From positions 248,001-312,000 of the forward strand of contig NIVC01000695.1 in the NCBI GenBank assembly GCA_002269645.1: a stretch of DNA of 64,000 bases. The letters are read 5' to 3'. Shown here piece by piece: positions 24,174 through 39,300 of this stretch. The notes beneath the pieces were generated by a model. It had not been told where the DNA came from and did not search any database. It saw nothing but the letters and a program-made list of their open reading frames with translations. Made by a program: the position numbers and the translations under genes. Origin of the DNA: Macrostomum lignano (lineage: Eukaryota). Position 1 is the first letter of the stretch. Each line of letters begins with the position of its first letter.

Positions 24174-24879
24174 GTTAATTTTCAAAAAAGAATAGACCAA
24201 ATGAAATATTAAATTAGTGTTGTACTTTGTACTGCTGTACAATAGTAAAAAGTAGGCAGCCACAAATGTTTTTAGGCTAATTTAAAATTTAGACTGTTTG
24301 TTTTGCAGTTAACCGTGTAACTTGTAAGCCTAACTCCTAAGCATTCAGTAAGTTTGCTCTCTAATAATGTCCAAAAAGTTGAGTCTCGGAGCAAAGCTCA
24401 GAGTCAAAACTGTCTATTAATTTCTGCTTTTTCAAACAGCTGGTTTTATGTGCTATGTGTACAGAAAAAATAATATCTGAAAATTCACCAAATGGCGTCA
24501 AGTTTAGGCCAACTTAATTTTTAGTAGTTCATTTTGATCCCAGAGTAAAAAGGAGTATCAAATGTGCGAAAGCAGTCAGTAGCAGCGAATTGGTATACGA
24601 CAAAGCTCAAGTTCCAGTGTAGAATGATTGCGGTGGTTAAATTGAGTTGTTTGTTGGGACTGAGGAGTTGACGGATGATCAATATTTATATTTTAAGCCT
24701 TCTTATTTACTTAATGCATATAAAGAATTAAACTTTTTTATAAATAAAAAATTCTTTTAATGTTTTTTTAACCTTTTGTTATGCAAATGTTTGACTGATT
24801 TGTTAAATTTGACTTTTACAACAATTCGTAGATTTAAAATTTAAAATAATTACTATTACTATTACATTAAAATTTAAAA

Positions 24880-24985
24880 TAAGATAATAATAAGATAAGA
24901 TAAGATAAGATAAGATAAGATAAGATAAGATAAGATAAGATAAGATAAGATAAGATAAGATAAGATAAGATAATAAGATAATAAG
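24880..24985 (+). repeat. (TAAGA)n microsatellite flanked by a 38-bp direct repeat
   Basis: Pentamer run; AGATTTAAAATTTAAAATAATTACTATTACTATTACAT occurs at about 24830 and 24984. Confidence 0.85.
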
Positions 24986-25099
24986 ATTTAAAATTTAAAA
25001 TAATTACTATTACTATTACATCGCTTACAGGGCTTAACTGTTGATGAGATGAAGCCAACTGAACACGATCGCTGACCGTCTGTAAGACTATTGCCCTTT

Positions 25100-26500
25100 T
25101 ATATTAGTTGGCCTTATGCTGTCATGCTGTCAGTGGCGCTGGAGTGGAAAACCTGTCGCAGTTAGTGGGAGCACGAGGCCTGCTGCAGCCGGTCTTGAAT
25201 GATGACATTGGGTGACATGACTGGAACGCCGAGGTACCTAAAGTCCTGACAGATGCCTATTGTCTCCTTATTGGGCAGCATCCAGAGGCGGGGCCCACAG
25301 TGCCCACGTTAGTGCCCACATGAAGCACCTCGGTCTTCCTTGGCGCTCTGATCTGAATACCCATACTCGGGAACCCTCCACGAAGAGCCGGTTTTATTGA
25401 TCTCAGGGCCGACTCCGACCCCCGGGCCGCAGCAGACAAAGGCTTTGTCGTCAGCATAGGCCAGACAGGGGTGTCGGACCGCAGGAGCTACGGCGCTGGG
25501 TGGACCACTTAAAGCCATCTGTGACGTTGTCAGTTTAAGTAGCCCCGCCAAGGGCCGTTTTGACATACGGTACCAATCTATAAGTTTCGTTCCCTCGCGT
25601 CTGCTTAAAGTAGTGCTCTAAGAATTTTAATCAGCTGCGTAGTACATTTGTAAAGCCTGCGTACAGCGCGCGATCGATAATTTCTGTTTTCTGTTTTTCC
25701 CAGCCGGCCAATAGAAAAGCCGCGCATTAATTATACTAAGTTCTCGCGCGCCCACCCCCAGCCCGCTCCTTATCAGTTCTGTCTGGCCGTGCGCTCGGGG
25801 TTATCTTGGATCCTGGCTTTGCGTCTCCGCCTGTAGACCCTTGCCGCCCGGCACTCTTGTTTGTTTGCATTCTCTTCCTGCCTCACTCCGCCACGGCCCT
25901 AGGCCACGCCTCTGCCATTCTCAGCCACGCCACTTCTACTGCTTAAGCTATCTAACTACGTAGCACGTAGTACATCAGCAGGACGAACGGCAGGGGGAGA
26001 GGGTGTCGCCCTGCAGCACACCCGAGCTGGTTGGAAACTCTGCAGTCGCCAGTCGGTCCATCTGATGTACTTGGATGAAGGTCATAGAAGCGCTGTACAT
26101 GTCCATGACTGCCTGCACAGGCAGAGGCGGCACTCCATGCTGAGCTAGCTAGCAGCATGGCTAATGGTCTGCATGAAGTTGATGAAAACGGTTGAGTCGG
26201 TCTTTTGGCACGTTACACAGGTCTCAATGATGATCCTGATTGCCGCCACCTGCTCAATAGTTGACAGCTGTCAGAGCGAAAACCACTCTGAGAGGCTAGC
26301 ATGCTCAAGTTGAGCACTGGGAGCTGGGCGGTTTCACAGCATGGCGTTTAGCACCTTCATGGGAGAGTGCACTTGAAGGCGATCGCGCGCTGGTTGTCTA
26401 GGCTGGTGGAGCTGCCTTTCTTGGGGATGAGATAATCTTCGAAGTCTTCCACTGCATATATAGTGGCAGAAGCAGACTCGTCCCCACCAAAGACAGCAGT
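25100..26500 (-). mobile_element. Degenerate RTE-like LINE reverse-transcriptase remnant, interrupted at about 25525-25952
   Basis: Frameshifted minus-strand motifs in correct order: LIPKKG..DN.RAI..KVLNAML, QSGFR, TIEQVAAIRIIIE, GVLQGDTLSP, YVLR, DGF..RRSS, LAYADD, KTEVL, DFRYLG. Confidence 0.82.
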
Positions 26501-27269
26501 GACGACGGTTGAGCAAGCTGGTCAAAGTGCCAAAAAGCAGCTCCTTTAACTCCATCAACTTCCGAATTCCTGCGTTAGCAACAGAATTTCTTGCACCCAG
26601 TTTGTTGGCAGGTAAGTACGTGGTATACGACCTCGAAATGAGTACAGTACATGGGCAAATGACTTGGTGCAATTGACACTGCAGGGTCTATCAGATTTAG
26701 AGCTATACGGTAATTTTGCTCTCAGTCTGTTGGTACGTTCATGTACATGTACGCTCGTAAACGATTAACGCTGCACAAGTGACGTTGTCTGCAGTATTTT
26801 AAGGGAGTATGTTTCGTCAGAATGAGTTCAGATACGAGTACATTGTTCTTATCTAGCTGTAGCTCAGTCAGTTTTATAAAAAAACATTTCGCACCTGGAT
26901 TTTTTAAATCCTTCCTTGTGAGAAACAAACTGCAAAGACTTGAAATAAAGTTTAGGCTGCGTGGCGGATTGATCAGTCTTTTAAAATGACGTCAAGAAAA
27001 TTTAATTTTAACTCCCCAATGCAAGCCATTTTTGGACTAAGATCTGCCCAGGTAATTGCTAAAAGTGATTATTTTGCTTTTGGCAACTGAAGTGTCGAAA
27101 CTGCGCAAAAGATAAAAAAATTAGAGCAATAAGCATAAAAAGGCTAAAGTATTTCATAATGCACCATCGCGCTGAGGGCGAATAAGATTTGAACACTATA
27201 AATTATTATAGAAGTCAGTTTGAGTGATTCGCTGAAGACAGCGTTTACGGAAGCAGAACCAGCCGCGAG

Positions 27270-29910
27270 ATGGACCACAGGAGGAGGTCTACAGGCCACA
27301 GTAGTCTGCCAGTACCTGTGCATCGACGTGTAAGTCGCTTCGCTGGTCGAACTCGGTGAAGTTGCTAACATAAAGAGTAGGGCTAGGCTAACATTTAGGG
27401 TTAGGGTTTAGTTGCTAACGGCGTTGCTCAAGTTGAAATTGGTAAGGTTGCATTTGCTCCAAACTGCCAGAGCTCAACGAGGGGCAGCTGGCATGTTTTG
27501 TGGGAAAATATTAATACTAGCTAAACTAACTTTAACATCTTCTGTTTATACAGTTTCTTCAATTTTTTAAAGAATTATTTTCCATGGTGCGTACCAAACA
27601 GGTAGGGTGCGAGGTCTCACGTCAAGGGCACACACCCTATGAAAATGTACTAATTAAACACCAACAAATACATACTCACCCTATAGACACTCACTCTATG
27701 GACAATCAACCTATGGACACTCACCATGGACACTCACTATACATGGACACTTACTATATGGACACCCACTATATGGACACTCACCCTATGGACACTCACA
27801 CTATAGACACTCGCCATAATGGACACTACTCCCACTATAGACACTCGCCATAATGGACACTCACACTATGGACACTCGCCATAATGGACACTCAACCCTT
27901 GGGCAATCACACTATAGACATCAACCACTTCCCCTACCACAACAAGCCTGTGTTATCACCATCATCTTGTACCTAAAACTTCAGGGCTCTATAGAACAGT
28001 CCTATGGCAGCCCGCCGTCGGTGGATGTTAGCAAGATGATCTGTCCAAAGTGCAACCAGTTTTTCACAACACCCATAATCCTGCCAAGTTGCAACCATAG
28101 GGTGTGCAAGCGCTGCATTAAGCATTTATTCGGTAGGAGCAACGATGGATACATTCATTGTCCAATGGAACAGTGCAATAAACTGAGCGCAACTGCTCCA
28201 GAATCATTGCGGACGGACATGGTATTGAGAACAAAAGTTCGTGACTACTTGCGAGATCATCCAGATTCGAGGAGACGTGACATGCAACGCCGCAACTGCG
28301 AGAGGTCGAACTGCAACGCTGTAGCCGTAGGCAGAGAGCCGTGCCCGCACTGCCTGAAGCACCTGTGCCAGCAGCACTTCGACGCCGATTGTGAAATCGT
28401 GAATCAGAACTGTTTGCACTGGCAAGACATGGCAGAGCAAACGCTTTCGCAAGGCCTAGATTTGCTAGATAACTACAAGCTGCAGAAACGAAGTATTAGA
28501 AGTCACATTGAAGATAACAATCGAGCTAAAGAGCGGCTTATCAGGAGCATCGAAAAGACGTTTGCGGACATGCAAGCGGAACTTTCGAATTCTGAAGACA
28601 ATGTCAACGCGGCAGAAAGAAAACTGAGAGACTTTTATGACAGGGTTACCCAGCTCCAAGAAGACTTAACCAACGCTCTGGAAGTGGACGAAGATGACCA
28701 CGCAACTCTGAAAAAGAAGCAAAAGCTCGTCACTGATGCCAGCAAGATGTTAGAAAGAGGCATCGATTCGCCGAGACTTCCAAACGATGTTCGCTTCAAC
28801 CACTCTTCTGCTGACATCGGCGTAATCGAACAAAAAATAGGCGAACTAAGGGTACTTCAAAACTCCTTAGAAGCTGATGTCACAAGAAAGCAAACAGTCA
28901 ACTGCTCAGAAGGTGAGCTGAAAGTTGGCACAAAAGATTTGCAACAGCGACTAAAAGCTGTTACGCCTCATCACGCCGTGCTTTGGTCTCACACCAAGGA
29001 CTTCTGTTTGAGTAGGGAAAATATTGTCAAGCGTAGAAGCTGTGAGAATTTTACAGCACTACCCGACGAGGTGCTGATTGTCAGCGATCTGATCAAGCTT
29101 CACGTTCTGTCTATGGATGGTGCTTGGCTTGGTCAAATCAAAGTCACCGACGATGGTACCACTCCTTATAGCACGAGATACTTGACCATTTCGCCTGATG
29201 GTAGACAACTGGCACTACTATTACATGATAAGGTGCTCCTGTGCGATATGGATGGTACTAAACAGATAGAGGTACAGCCAGACTTCAATATTAGAACGAA
29301 ATTTCATGGATTCTGTTCGGTTGCTCTTAGCGAGAAGTACCTGATGCTTGTGGCGCCTGGAAATACGACTCACAAGAGGCCCGGAGCTATTTTCATTCTC
29401 GAAGCTCCTCGATTCGACTTCAGCCGAGCTCAGAGGATTCCACTAGATCACCGGAGAATCTTCCCAACCGGAGTGACGCACGTGAGAGGCAGCTTCCTTG
29501 TTCTGGCCAACCGGCTGCAAGTCGAAGAGGAACCGGAGTCCGCGTCCAACGAGCTGCTGATGTATGACGCAAGGACCCACAAGTTTGTGGTCGAGATGCC
29601 GATCTCCGATGGACTCCAGTCGGCTCTGTACATTTGCTCCGACGACAGCGGTCGTGTGTTCGTCAGCCGAGGCTGCTGCACCCAAAAAGACGATCGTCGC
29701 CCCAGAAGCTCCTGCGCGAAAGTCGACGTCCTGGATCCGCAAGGCCACCGGATTGGCGCGATCGGCGGCAGCGACCGCGACTTCACCACCTGCAACGGCA
29801 TCTCAGTCAGTGACGCCCGATCCGTGGCTGGCCGACCAACTCGACTGGTCGCTTGCGACGCAACTCGACGTCTTGTGCACGTCTACACGCTGGGCTGTGC
29901 CTTAAGTTAG
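27270..29910 (+). CDS. TRIM-like protein A (RING, B-box-like, coiled coil, NHL-like beta-propeller); exons 27270-27329 and 27985-29910; about 661 aa
   Basis: C3HC4 RING (CPKC...CNH.VCKRC...CPMEQC), Cys/His B-box-like CPHCLKHLCQQH, heptad region and propeller-like C-terminus. Exon 1 ends HRR|GTAAGT and the acceptor precedes GSIEQ, both mirrored in paralog B. Confidence 0.82.
27690..27895 (+). repeat. Degenerate 15-18 bp repeat (ATGGACACTC core) in TRIM-A intron
   Basis: About 10 copies; creates the spurious MDTHTM start of the 27853 ORF. Confidence 0.75.
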
Positions 29911-31385
29911 CAGGAAATAAATTTTAAAATATTTTGTGAAAGTTTTTGAAGAGGAAATGCACACTTGTTCTAATACTTTTTGTGTAAACAAAAGTTGATT
30001 AATGGCATATCGGGGTGATTTTTAGACAGGCTCGAATTCAGAGTGAATAGCTAAATTATTCGAATACTAATTTCGTTAAGAACTCATGTCATTGATTCAG
30101 TTAGCAGTGTGTTGCTTCTGCATCTTATCAAATATGTACTTTTATGGATCCACAAACTTCATAATATTGAATATATAGCAAGTTTCTATCACGAGACGAA
30201 GTTAAATACTCGTATGTCAAATTATCAATAAACGTTTACTATCTTTTATGTGATTTAATCCTTTAAATCAGATTTTTGTGTTGCGCTGAAAATCAATTGC
30301 TTTTTTTTAAATTATCGCATTCGCATTCGTGTTTTTCTAAGTTCGCCCGTATATTAGCTATTGCTCGCATTTCGACTTGCTATAAGACAGAGCCTACGTG
30401 TCACCAGTTAGTTGCAAATTGAACACACATGATGGCTACGGCCTTTTATTGGATGCTCTAATCGTTAAATTTTCTTGCGACTTACATGTACAAGTTACTT
30501 ACTTTATATATGCTCATTTAGTATAGATGGATAATCTCGTACATTATCTTAGTAGAGCTAATTTATTAGAGCCTTAATTTTCATCGAAATTTGACATATT
30601 GTTTTTAATTTTTGTGAAAAAACACTTGCGTAACCTACTGCTTGTAGGTAGAGTAGATAGTATTGAGAATAAATGACAAAACTACATGAGTAGATATAGT
30701 GTTTTTGCCTCATTTGATTCTGCTGATTTCGAAACTTCAACGACTATAAATGAGCACTGAGAGCAGAGCAGTCTATTCTTGGAAAAAGTGACTCATTGTG
30801 CTTTTATTAGAGGATATAATTTCGAGTTTCTGCCTTGAGTACTCAAGAACTGAAATTAATTCTCAAAGCATTGCAGAGTACATCGAGTCTAGGTAGCTTT
30901 AGTTATGAGTTTTTTACAGACGTTGCTCATTTATCGGGTTATTTCTGAGTATGACGCATTAAAATTAATTGAGGCTGTTATATCTGTGTCTTTTGTATCT
31001 CTTTCTTAAGAGAATACAGACAGTGTACGCACAGTCTAGAAAATATCTATCTTGTCTGAATAATGGCGCCATTTTTTAGCTCGTATATGCAAAATATATG
31101 CTGTTATAAAGAGTGTCTAATATAACTGTTTTAGTACTTTTCAGATCAAGTGGCGGTGCGGTGCTGTACAGTTATTTTATTTAAGGCCTTCTTGACGTCA
31201 TCATATTCGGTATGCATCTATTGGCCTCAAGAAAATATCCATATAAACCGTTCTAGCTACTTAGAATCCTTCATCTTTTACAGCATCCTTCTTAAATTGC
31301 AGTTACATAACTGTATGAGAGTAGAGTAGATTAGCTCAAGTTTCTTTAAACTTTAACTTTTGAACTATAAGCTTAGCGTTAAATT

Positions 31386-34187
<2,802 letters not shown>

Positions 34188-34787
34188 AAATTAAGCATGA
34201 AAAAAGCTTCAACTTCAAATTCAAGATATGAACTGATTTCTATTAGAGTTTTTTACACATAATTTAATCTTAGTTAGTTTACATAGTTGCGCGGGGGCTT
34301 GGGGCAACGTTAGGGCAACGGTAAGGCAATTATTGACGGGCAGCCGGAGGCAAGCAGTTTACTCTATTTCACTGACCCCTTAGCATGCAGTCGCGCACTC
34401 ACGCAAGAATAAAAAACCGACCGTCTCATCATCGGAAATGCATGATTCTGCATGATTTAATTATCATGGGGGCTTGATTGCTGTGTCTAAATCGTACTAC
34501 AAGTAATCACAATACGAAGCTAGATTTGGGTATTTTTTGACGAAAATAAAAAAGTAAGCATAATTAACCGACCTAAAGTGAGTGCCTCTCAAGAGCGCGC
34601 TGGTTATGGGACAATGTCACCAAAGACGTTGCGACATTGTGCCGACAGATCTCCCGCAATCATTTTTATTACCATTCATATTCCAGAGTAGTAATTTCTT
34701 CATTTGCTATTAAGTAAAGTAAATCGTGTATCATTGAACTGACATATTCTATTTATGAGCTACTCTCATTGGAATATTAGCTAAAAT

Positions 34788-35595
34788 CAGTGTTGGGCAA
34801 GTTACTCAAAAAAAGTAACTTGCGTTACTGTAACTTAAGTTACCAATTTTAAAAAAAGAAACTTACGTTAGCCTAGTAACTTTAGACAAAAACCTGGTAA
34901 CTTTTAAGTTACTGTCCGTTACTCACTTCCGTTACCCATGTTATTAACAAAATTTTCTGCTTTTTTCACATTGCAAATTTTTTCACATTGTTGTTACCGA
35001 AATTTGCCATTGGGCATTGGAATTATCCGATTAACAGACAGAGACAGGAATTGGCGACACGATGTGAGGCAAGTGAAGGACCAATGGGCAATGGCAATCA
35101 ATAATTAAAATTATAAATGATAAAATAAACAAATATGAATAATTCAATAGAGTAAAATAAATAGAACTGTATAAAATGGTGTAGTGTACTGCAATGCCAG
35201 TGGTAGGGACTTGTGGAGGCTACAGATGAATTTCTTTGTTTGTTTGTTTGTTTGAATCAAACTTGAAATTTTTAGTAACTTGAAAATGAAAGGCGAAATA
35301 TTTTACCGAAATTAACAAAGTAAAACATATTTCAAGTATTTCTTCATTAATTAAGCGCAATACCATATGATACTATAATTCACTTAATTTTGAAAAATGA
35401 AAAATGCAAAAACGTGACAACCGGCGTACTAGCTAAGCGTTTCAGTTTTAAATTTAAATATTGCGATTGTTGTCAACAAAGTAACAGTAACGGACTTCTG
35501 AAATTTGAGTAACTTACCGTTACTCCGTTACTAAAATAAAAAGTAACTTGCGTTACCATTTGCAAGTTAATCGTTAACGGAAGAGCCCAACACTG
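34788..35595. mobile_element. Non-autonomous hAT-type DNA transposon (MITE), 808 bp
   Basis: Perfect 11-bp TIR CAGTGTTGGGC / GCCCAACACTG, perfect 8-bp TSD GCTAAAAT (34780-34787 and 35596-35603), multiple subterminal GTAAC/GTTAC motifs, no ORF. Confidence 0.9.
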
Positions 35596-36878
35596 GCTAA
35601 AATATTCCCCTAATTACCCTCTCTCTTGCTTATCAGTAGTAAGTTTTTTTAAAGCTTTTCTTCTTGGCTGTTAATTTTTTGCTACTTTTTTAGATTATTA
35701 TATAACGATCGCTTTTGGATTATTGCTTACTTTACTGTGAAAACCAAAGTTTTCTGTCTGATTTTTTACCTGTCAGTTACTTATAGTAATAACCTATTTG
35801 TACAGTAAGTCATCTAATTAAAACCATGGAAATATGAATAAACTTGCTACTTTGCATCGGATGTTACTGAAATATCTAGCTTGGAAACTATTTTTTTCTC
35901 CATGGAGTTATAGCTTTGTGTCACGTTATTGGCGTAGAGGCTACGACCCTTAGAAGGGCCGTTTTACGAGAGTTGTCGTAAGTCGTAGTCCCAAAATGAA
36001 TCGAGTCAAGTCTTGATAAGCGGATTGTGTAGTGGAGCACTTGGCATACAAGGCAGGCAACTGACGTAGTTGTTTTATTGTTGAGGTCAATATTCAAATT
36101 TGGTTAATGCTAATACAGAACTTATTGTGCTTTTGGGACACTGGCGGCTGCAACAATGGTTTTGAATTGAAGGTGAATTAGAAATTGTGGTCGAGTGGTA
36201 GGCGAGTGATGCAAGGCGATGCAACGTGTTGAGTAGCGGCGATGAGCACAGAAGAGGCAGATGCGTAGTGGGTGAGATTGGCGTTAGCCGTGGCAGACAG
36301 TGGCAGGCAGTGTAAACAGGCTGGCCCAGACAGAGGAGCCGTGGCGAGAGGTAAGGAGGCAGACAGAAGGCAGGAGAAGGAAAACAAGAGCCGCGAAGTG
36401 AGGAGGCCCCCAGCCCGCCGCCAGGCGGGGGTTAATAAAGAGCGCAGAAGGTTAGCATAATACACGCGGAGAGTTTTCATTGGCTGGCGAGAGAACTTGA
36501 AATTATCGATCGTGCCAAAATTCACAGATGAGCGCAAGGCCTACCAAATACACAGTGAATTAGCAGTTGATACAGATTATTTGCACGCTACTATAAGTAA
36601 ACGTTAAAATAAACTATTGGAGAAATTAAAATGAGAAATTGCAAGGGAAACTATAGTCCAACGGCCCTTTTGCGGGACCATTTAAACTAGCAACGTCACA
36701 CTTTGATTATTTTTTCATTTCTCAGAAGCAAAATTCGCAACTTTTTAAGGAAGAGGAAAATCAAGAAAGTTTTTATTTTTCAGCGTCTGCTGAGAGCAGT
36801 GTTAGAACTAAAACAGTTCTTTGAAAATTCAAATAAACAAGGTAGAGTAATAAACTCAAATTTCGTTTAACATAAGTA

Positions 36879-37694
36879 TTACTTCTTCTTCTTCTTGGCT
36901 GCCTTCTCTGCTTCCTTTTCCTGGCTCTTCTTCTCCTTCTTGGCAGCCTTCTTGGCGTTTTTCTCCTCTTTCTTCTCTTTTTTGGCCTCCTTTTTTTCGA
37001 CTTTCTTTTCCTCTTTCTTTAGTTTCTTTTCTGCTTTCTTAGCCTTCTTTTCTTCCTCTTTTTTGCTTTTCTTCTCACTTTTCGCCTTGGCACCTTTCGA
37101 GCCGCCTTTGCCGTCGGAGTCTTTTGTGTCCTCGCTGCTTCCAGTTGCTTCTGATTCTTTCGTCTCCGAGGTGCCGCCCTCCTCCGTAGATGCTTCTTCT
37201 TTCTCAGCCTCGTCCTCGCCGCCTTCATTGTCATCTCCCCCTTCTTCCTCAGTGGAACCGTCTTCCTTCAACGTCTCGGTCTCTTCAGACGTTTCCCCAT
37301 TCGACGTTGTTGCCGTAGCTGACGAATTGGACGCGCTTGGCTCAGGGCTGGTGGCTTCAGAAGAGTCTTTCTCATCGTCGGATTCGGCCTTGGGCGAGCT
37401 GGTAACGTCGATAGATTCAGTTTCTCCACTGGAAGTTGACGTGTCGTGTTTCTCTGCATCCTCGTCTGAAGACGACTCAGCCGAGTCAAGAGACAACTTC
37501 TCGACCTCTTTGGTTGTCACGGTTGGTGAGATTCGCACTGTCTTCTTAATCTTAGAGCTAGTCTTGGTAGTTCCTTTCAAAGCGTGCTTGGCCTCGTAAA
37601 CGCTTCGCTGCGTGGCACTCGTTGGTTTCTTGCAATGATGATCCTGTTTAGGCAGAGTTTGTTTCTGGGCAGCGTCTGGCAAATTGTTGTTCAT
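36879..37694 (-). CDS. Low-complexity charged protein (basic N-terminus, Glu/Asp/Ser-rich middle, KKE-rich tail), about 271 aa
   Basis: Uninterrupted ORF with varied codons rather than a tandem DNA repeat. ATG at 37694 lies just after a plausible splice acceptor (the track start at 37733 is TTG). No recognisable domain. Confidence 0.6.
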   Translation of the reverse strand: MNNNLPDAAQKQTLPKQDHHCKKPTSATQRSVYEAKHALKGTTKTSSKIKKTVRISPTVTTKEVEKLSLDSAESSSDEDAEKHDTSTSSGETESIDVTSSPKAESDDEKDSSEATSPEPSASNSSATATTSNGETSEETETLKEDGSTEEEGGDDNEGGEDEAEKEEASTEEGGTSETKESEATGSSEDTKDSDGKGGSKGAKAKSEKKSKKEEEKKAKKAEKKLKKEEKKVEKKEAKKEKKEEKNAKKAAKKEKKSQEKEAEKAAKKKKK

Positions 37695-38244
37695 TTTCGC
37701 CAGCTTAACAATCTGCTTCGTGGGGGAAATCAAAATGAAAAGTTTTTTAGCTAGCAGAGTGTTTTTTAGCTTTCAGATTTCAAAAGCAAGCGCAAGATGT
37801 AGGTAGCTGCCGAAGTGACTTGTCTGTGGTACTGGACCTCAACATCTTAATACTTCATGCCATAGACAACTTGAGCAGATAGAGGTTGCACTCACAGATC
37901 GTGGAGACCGGTTTTCCATGGACTTCTATACTTAGCATCTGGACTGGAAGCGAAAAAATTCGCGTTACCACATAAGGCCATCAGAAATGTATTTAATTTA
38001 AGTATAGAAGTCCATGGGTTTTCACTGCAAAATGCACTAGAAATGCTTCGAGTCTTAGCATAAACTTTTTGGCGACTTACAAATAAAAGAAGCATACGTT
38101 TCGCTCCAGATTGAATCACACGTTGATCTATAGAAAATATGAAAATGTATGTTTATGAGTAGAGTAGTGACGTAGTTTTAACTGGAGGCGCCGAAATACT
38201 AAGGGACATCACTATATTTGATGTCTTGGTAGGTTGATGAGCGC

Positions 38245-38866
38245 CACTGACTCTTTAGTGGGCACCCCTGTCTTTTGTTGGGCACCCCTGTCTTTTGGTG
38301 GGCACCCCTGTCTTTTGTTGGGCACCCCTGTCTTTTGGTGGGCACCCCTGTCTTTTGTTGGGCACCCCTGTCTTTTGGTGGGCACCCCTGTCTTTTGTTG
38401 GGCACCCCTGTCTTTTGGTGGGCGCCCCTGTCTTTTGGTGGGCACCCCTGTCTTTTGGTGGGCACCCCTGTCTTTTGTTGGGCACCCCTGTCTTTTGGTG
38501 GGCGCCCCTGTCTTTTGGTGGGCGCCCCTGTCTTTTGGTGGGCACCCCTGTCTTTTGTTGGGCACCCCTGTCTTTTGGTGGGCGCCCCTGTCTTTTGGTG
38601 GGCACCCCTGTCTTTTGGTGGGCACCCCTGTCTTTTGGTGGGCACCCCTGTCTTTTGGTGGGCACCCCTGTCTTTTGGTGGGCACCCCTGTCTTTTGTTG
38701 GGCACCCCTGTCTTTTGGTGGGCGCCCCTGTCTTTTGGTGGGCACCCCTGTCTTTTGGTGGGTGTCCCTGTCTTTTGGTGGGCACCCCCGTCTCTTGGTG
38801 GGCGCCCCTGTCTTTTGTTGGGCACCCCTGTCTTTTGGTGGGTGTCCCTGTCTTTTGGTGGGCACC
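38245..38866 (+). repeat. 20-bp minisatellite (GGGCACCCCTGTCTTTTGGT)
   Basis: About 31 copies; related to the array at 58800-59138. Confidence 0.95.
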
Positions 38867-39300
38867 GTGTGTTAGGCTCCTGTCATTCGTTGTGTTTGGC
38901 TGTCTCTCATTTAGTTTTGGGAGAAGCTATGGGAGAGGAAGCATTCCCCTTGCCTAAAACGTAAGTGACTCATAATTAGCTTGTAATTTGCGAAGCCTGA
39001 TGAAAATCTATTTGAAGTACTAATAATTTCTCTTCCATTACCTGATATTATCGATTTACAAGACTGAGTGAGACAGGATTGACATTTCTAACTGTTTAAA
39101 TTTACACCTGTCACTTCCAAAATGGCGAGAAAAATACAAGTAGCAAACAAATGTAAAGAAATTGATATTGCGTGACGGTCCTGAGGCAAGAAAATATGCT
39201 TCCAGATTTTTTATATTTCGATTGTCGATTAGGCGGGAGCCAGTCGGGCAAACCTGCAAGCCTGAATAGAAAGTCTGTGTGAGCGTGTGTACAGTATGTG

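Noticed and set aside
27395-27412. TTAGGGTTAGGG telomere-like sequence
   Set aside because: Only two units; expected by chance.
27853-27984. N-terminal MDTHTMDT... of the 685-aa ORF
   Set aside because: Lies in an intronic repeat; paralog comparison supports a splice acceptor at 27984 instead.
35938-35992. Small branched hairpin (CTACGAC...GTCGTAG)
   Set aside because: Short stems, single copy and no RNA-family signature.
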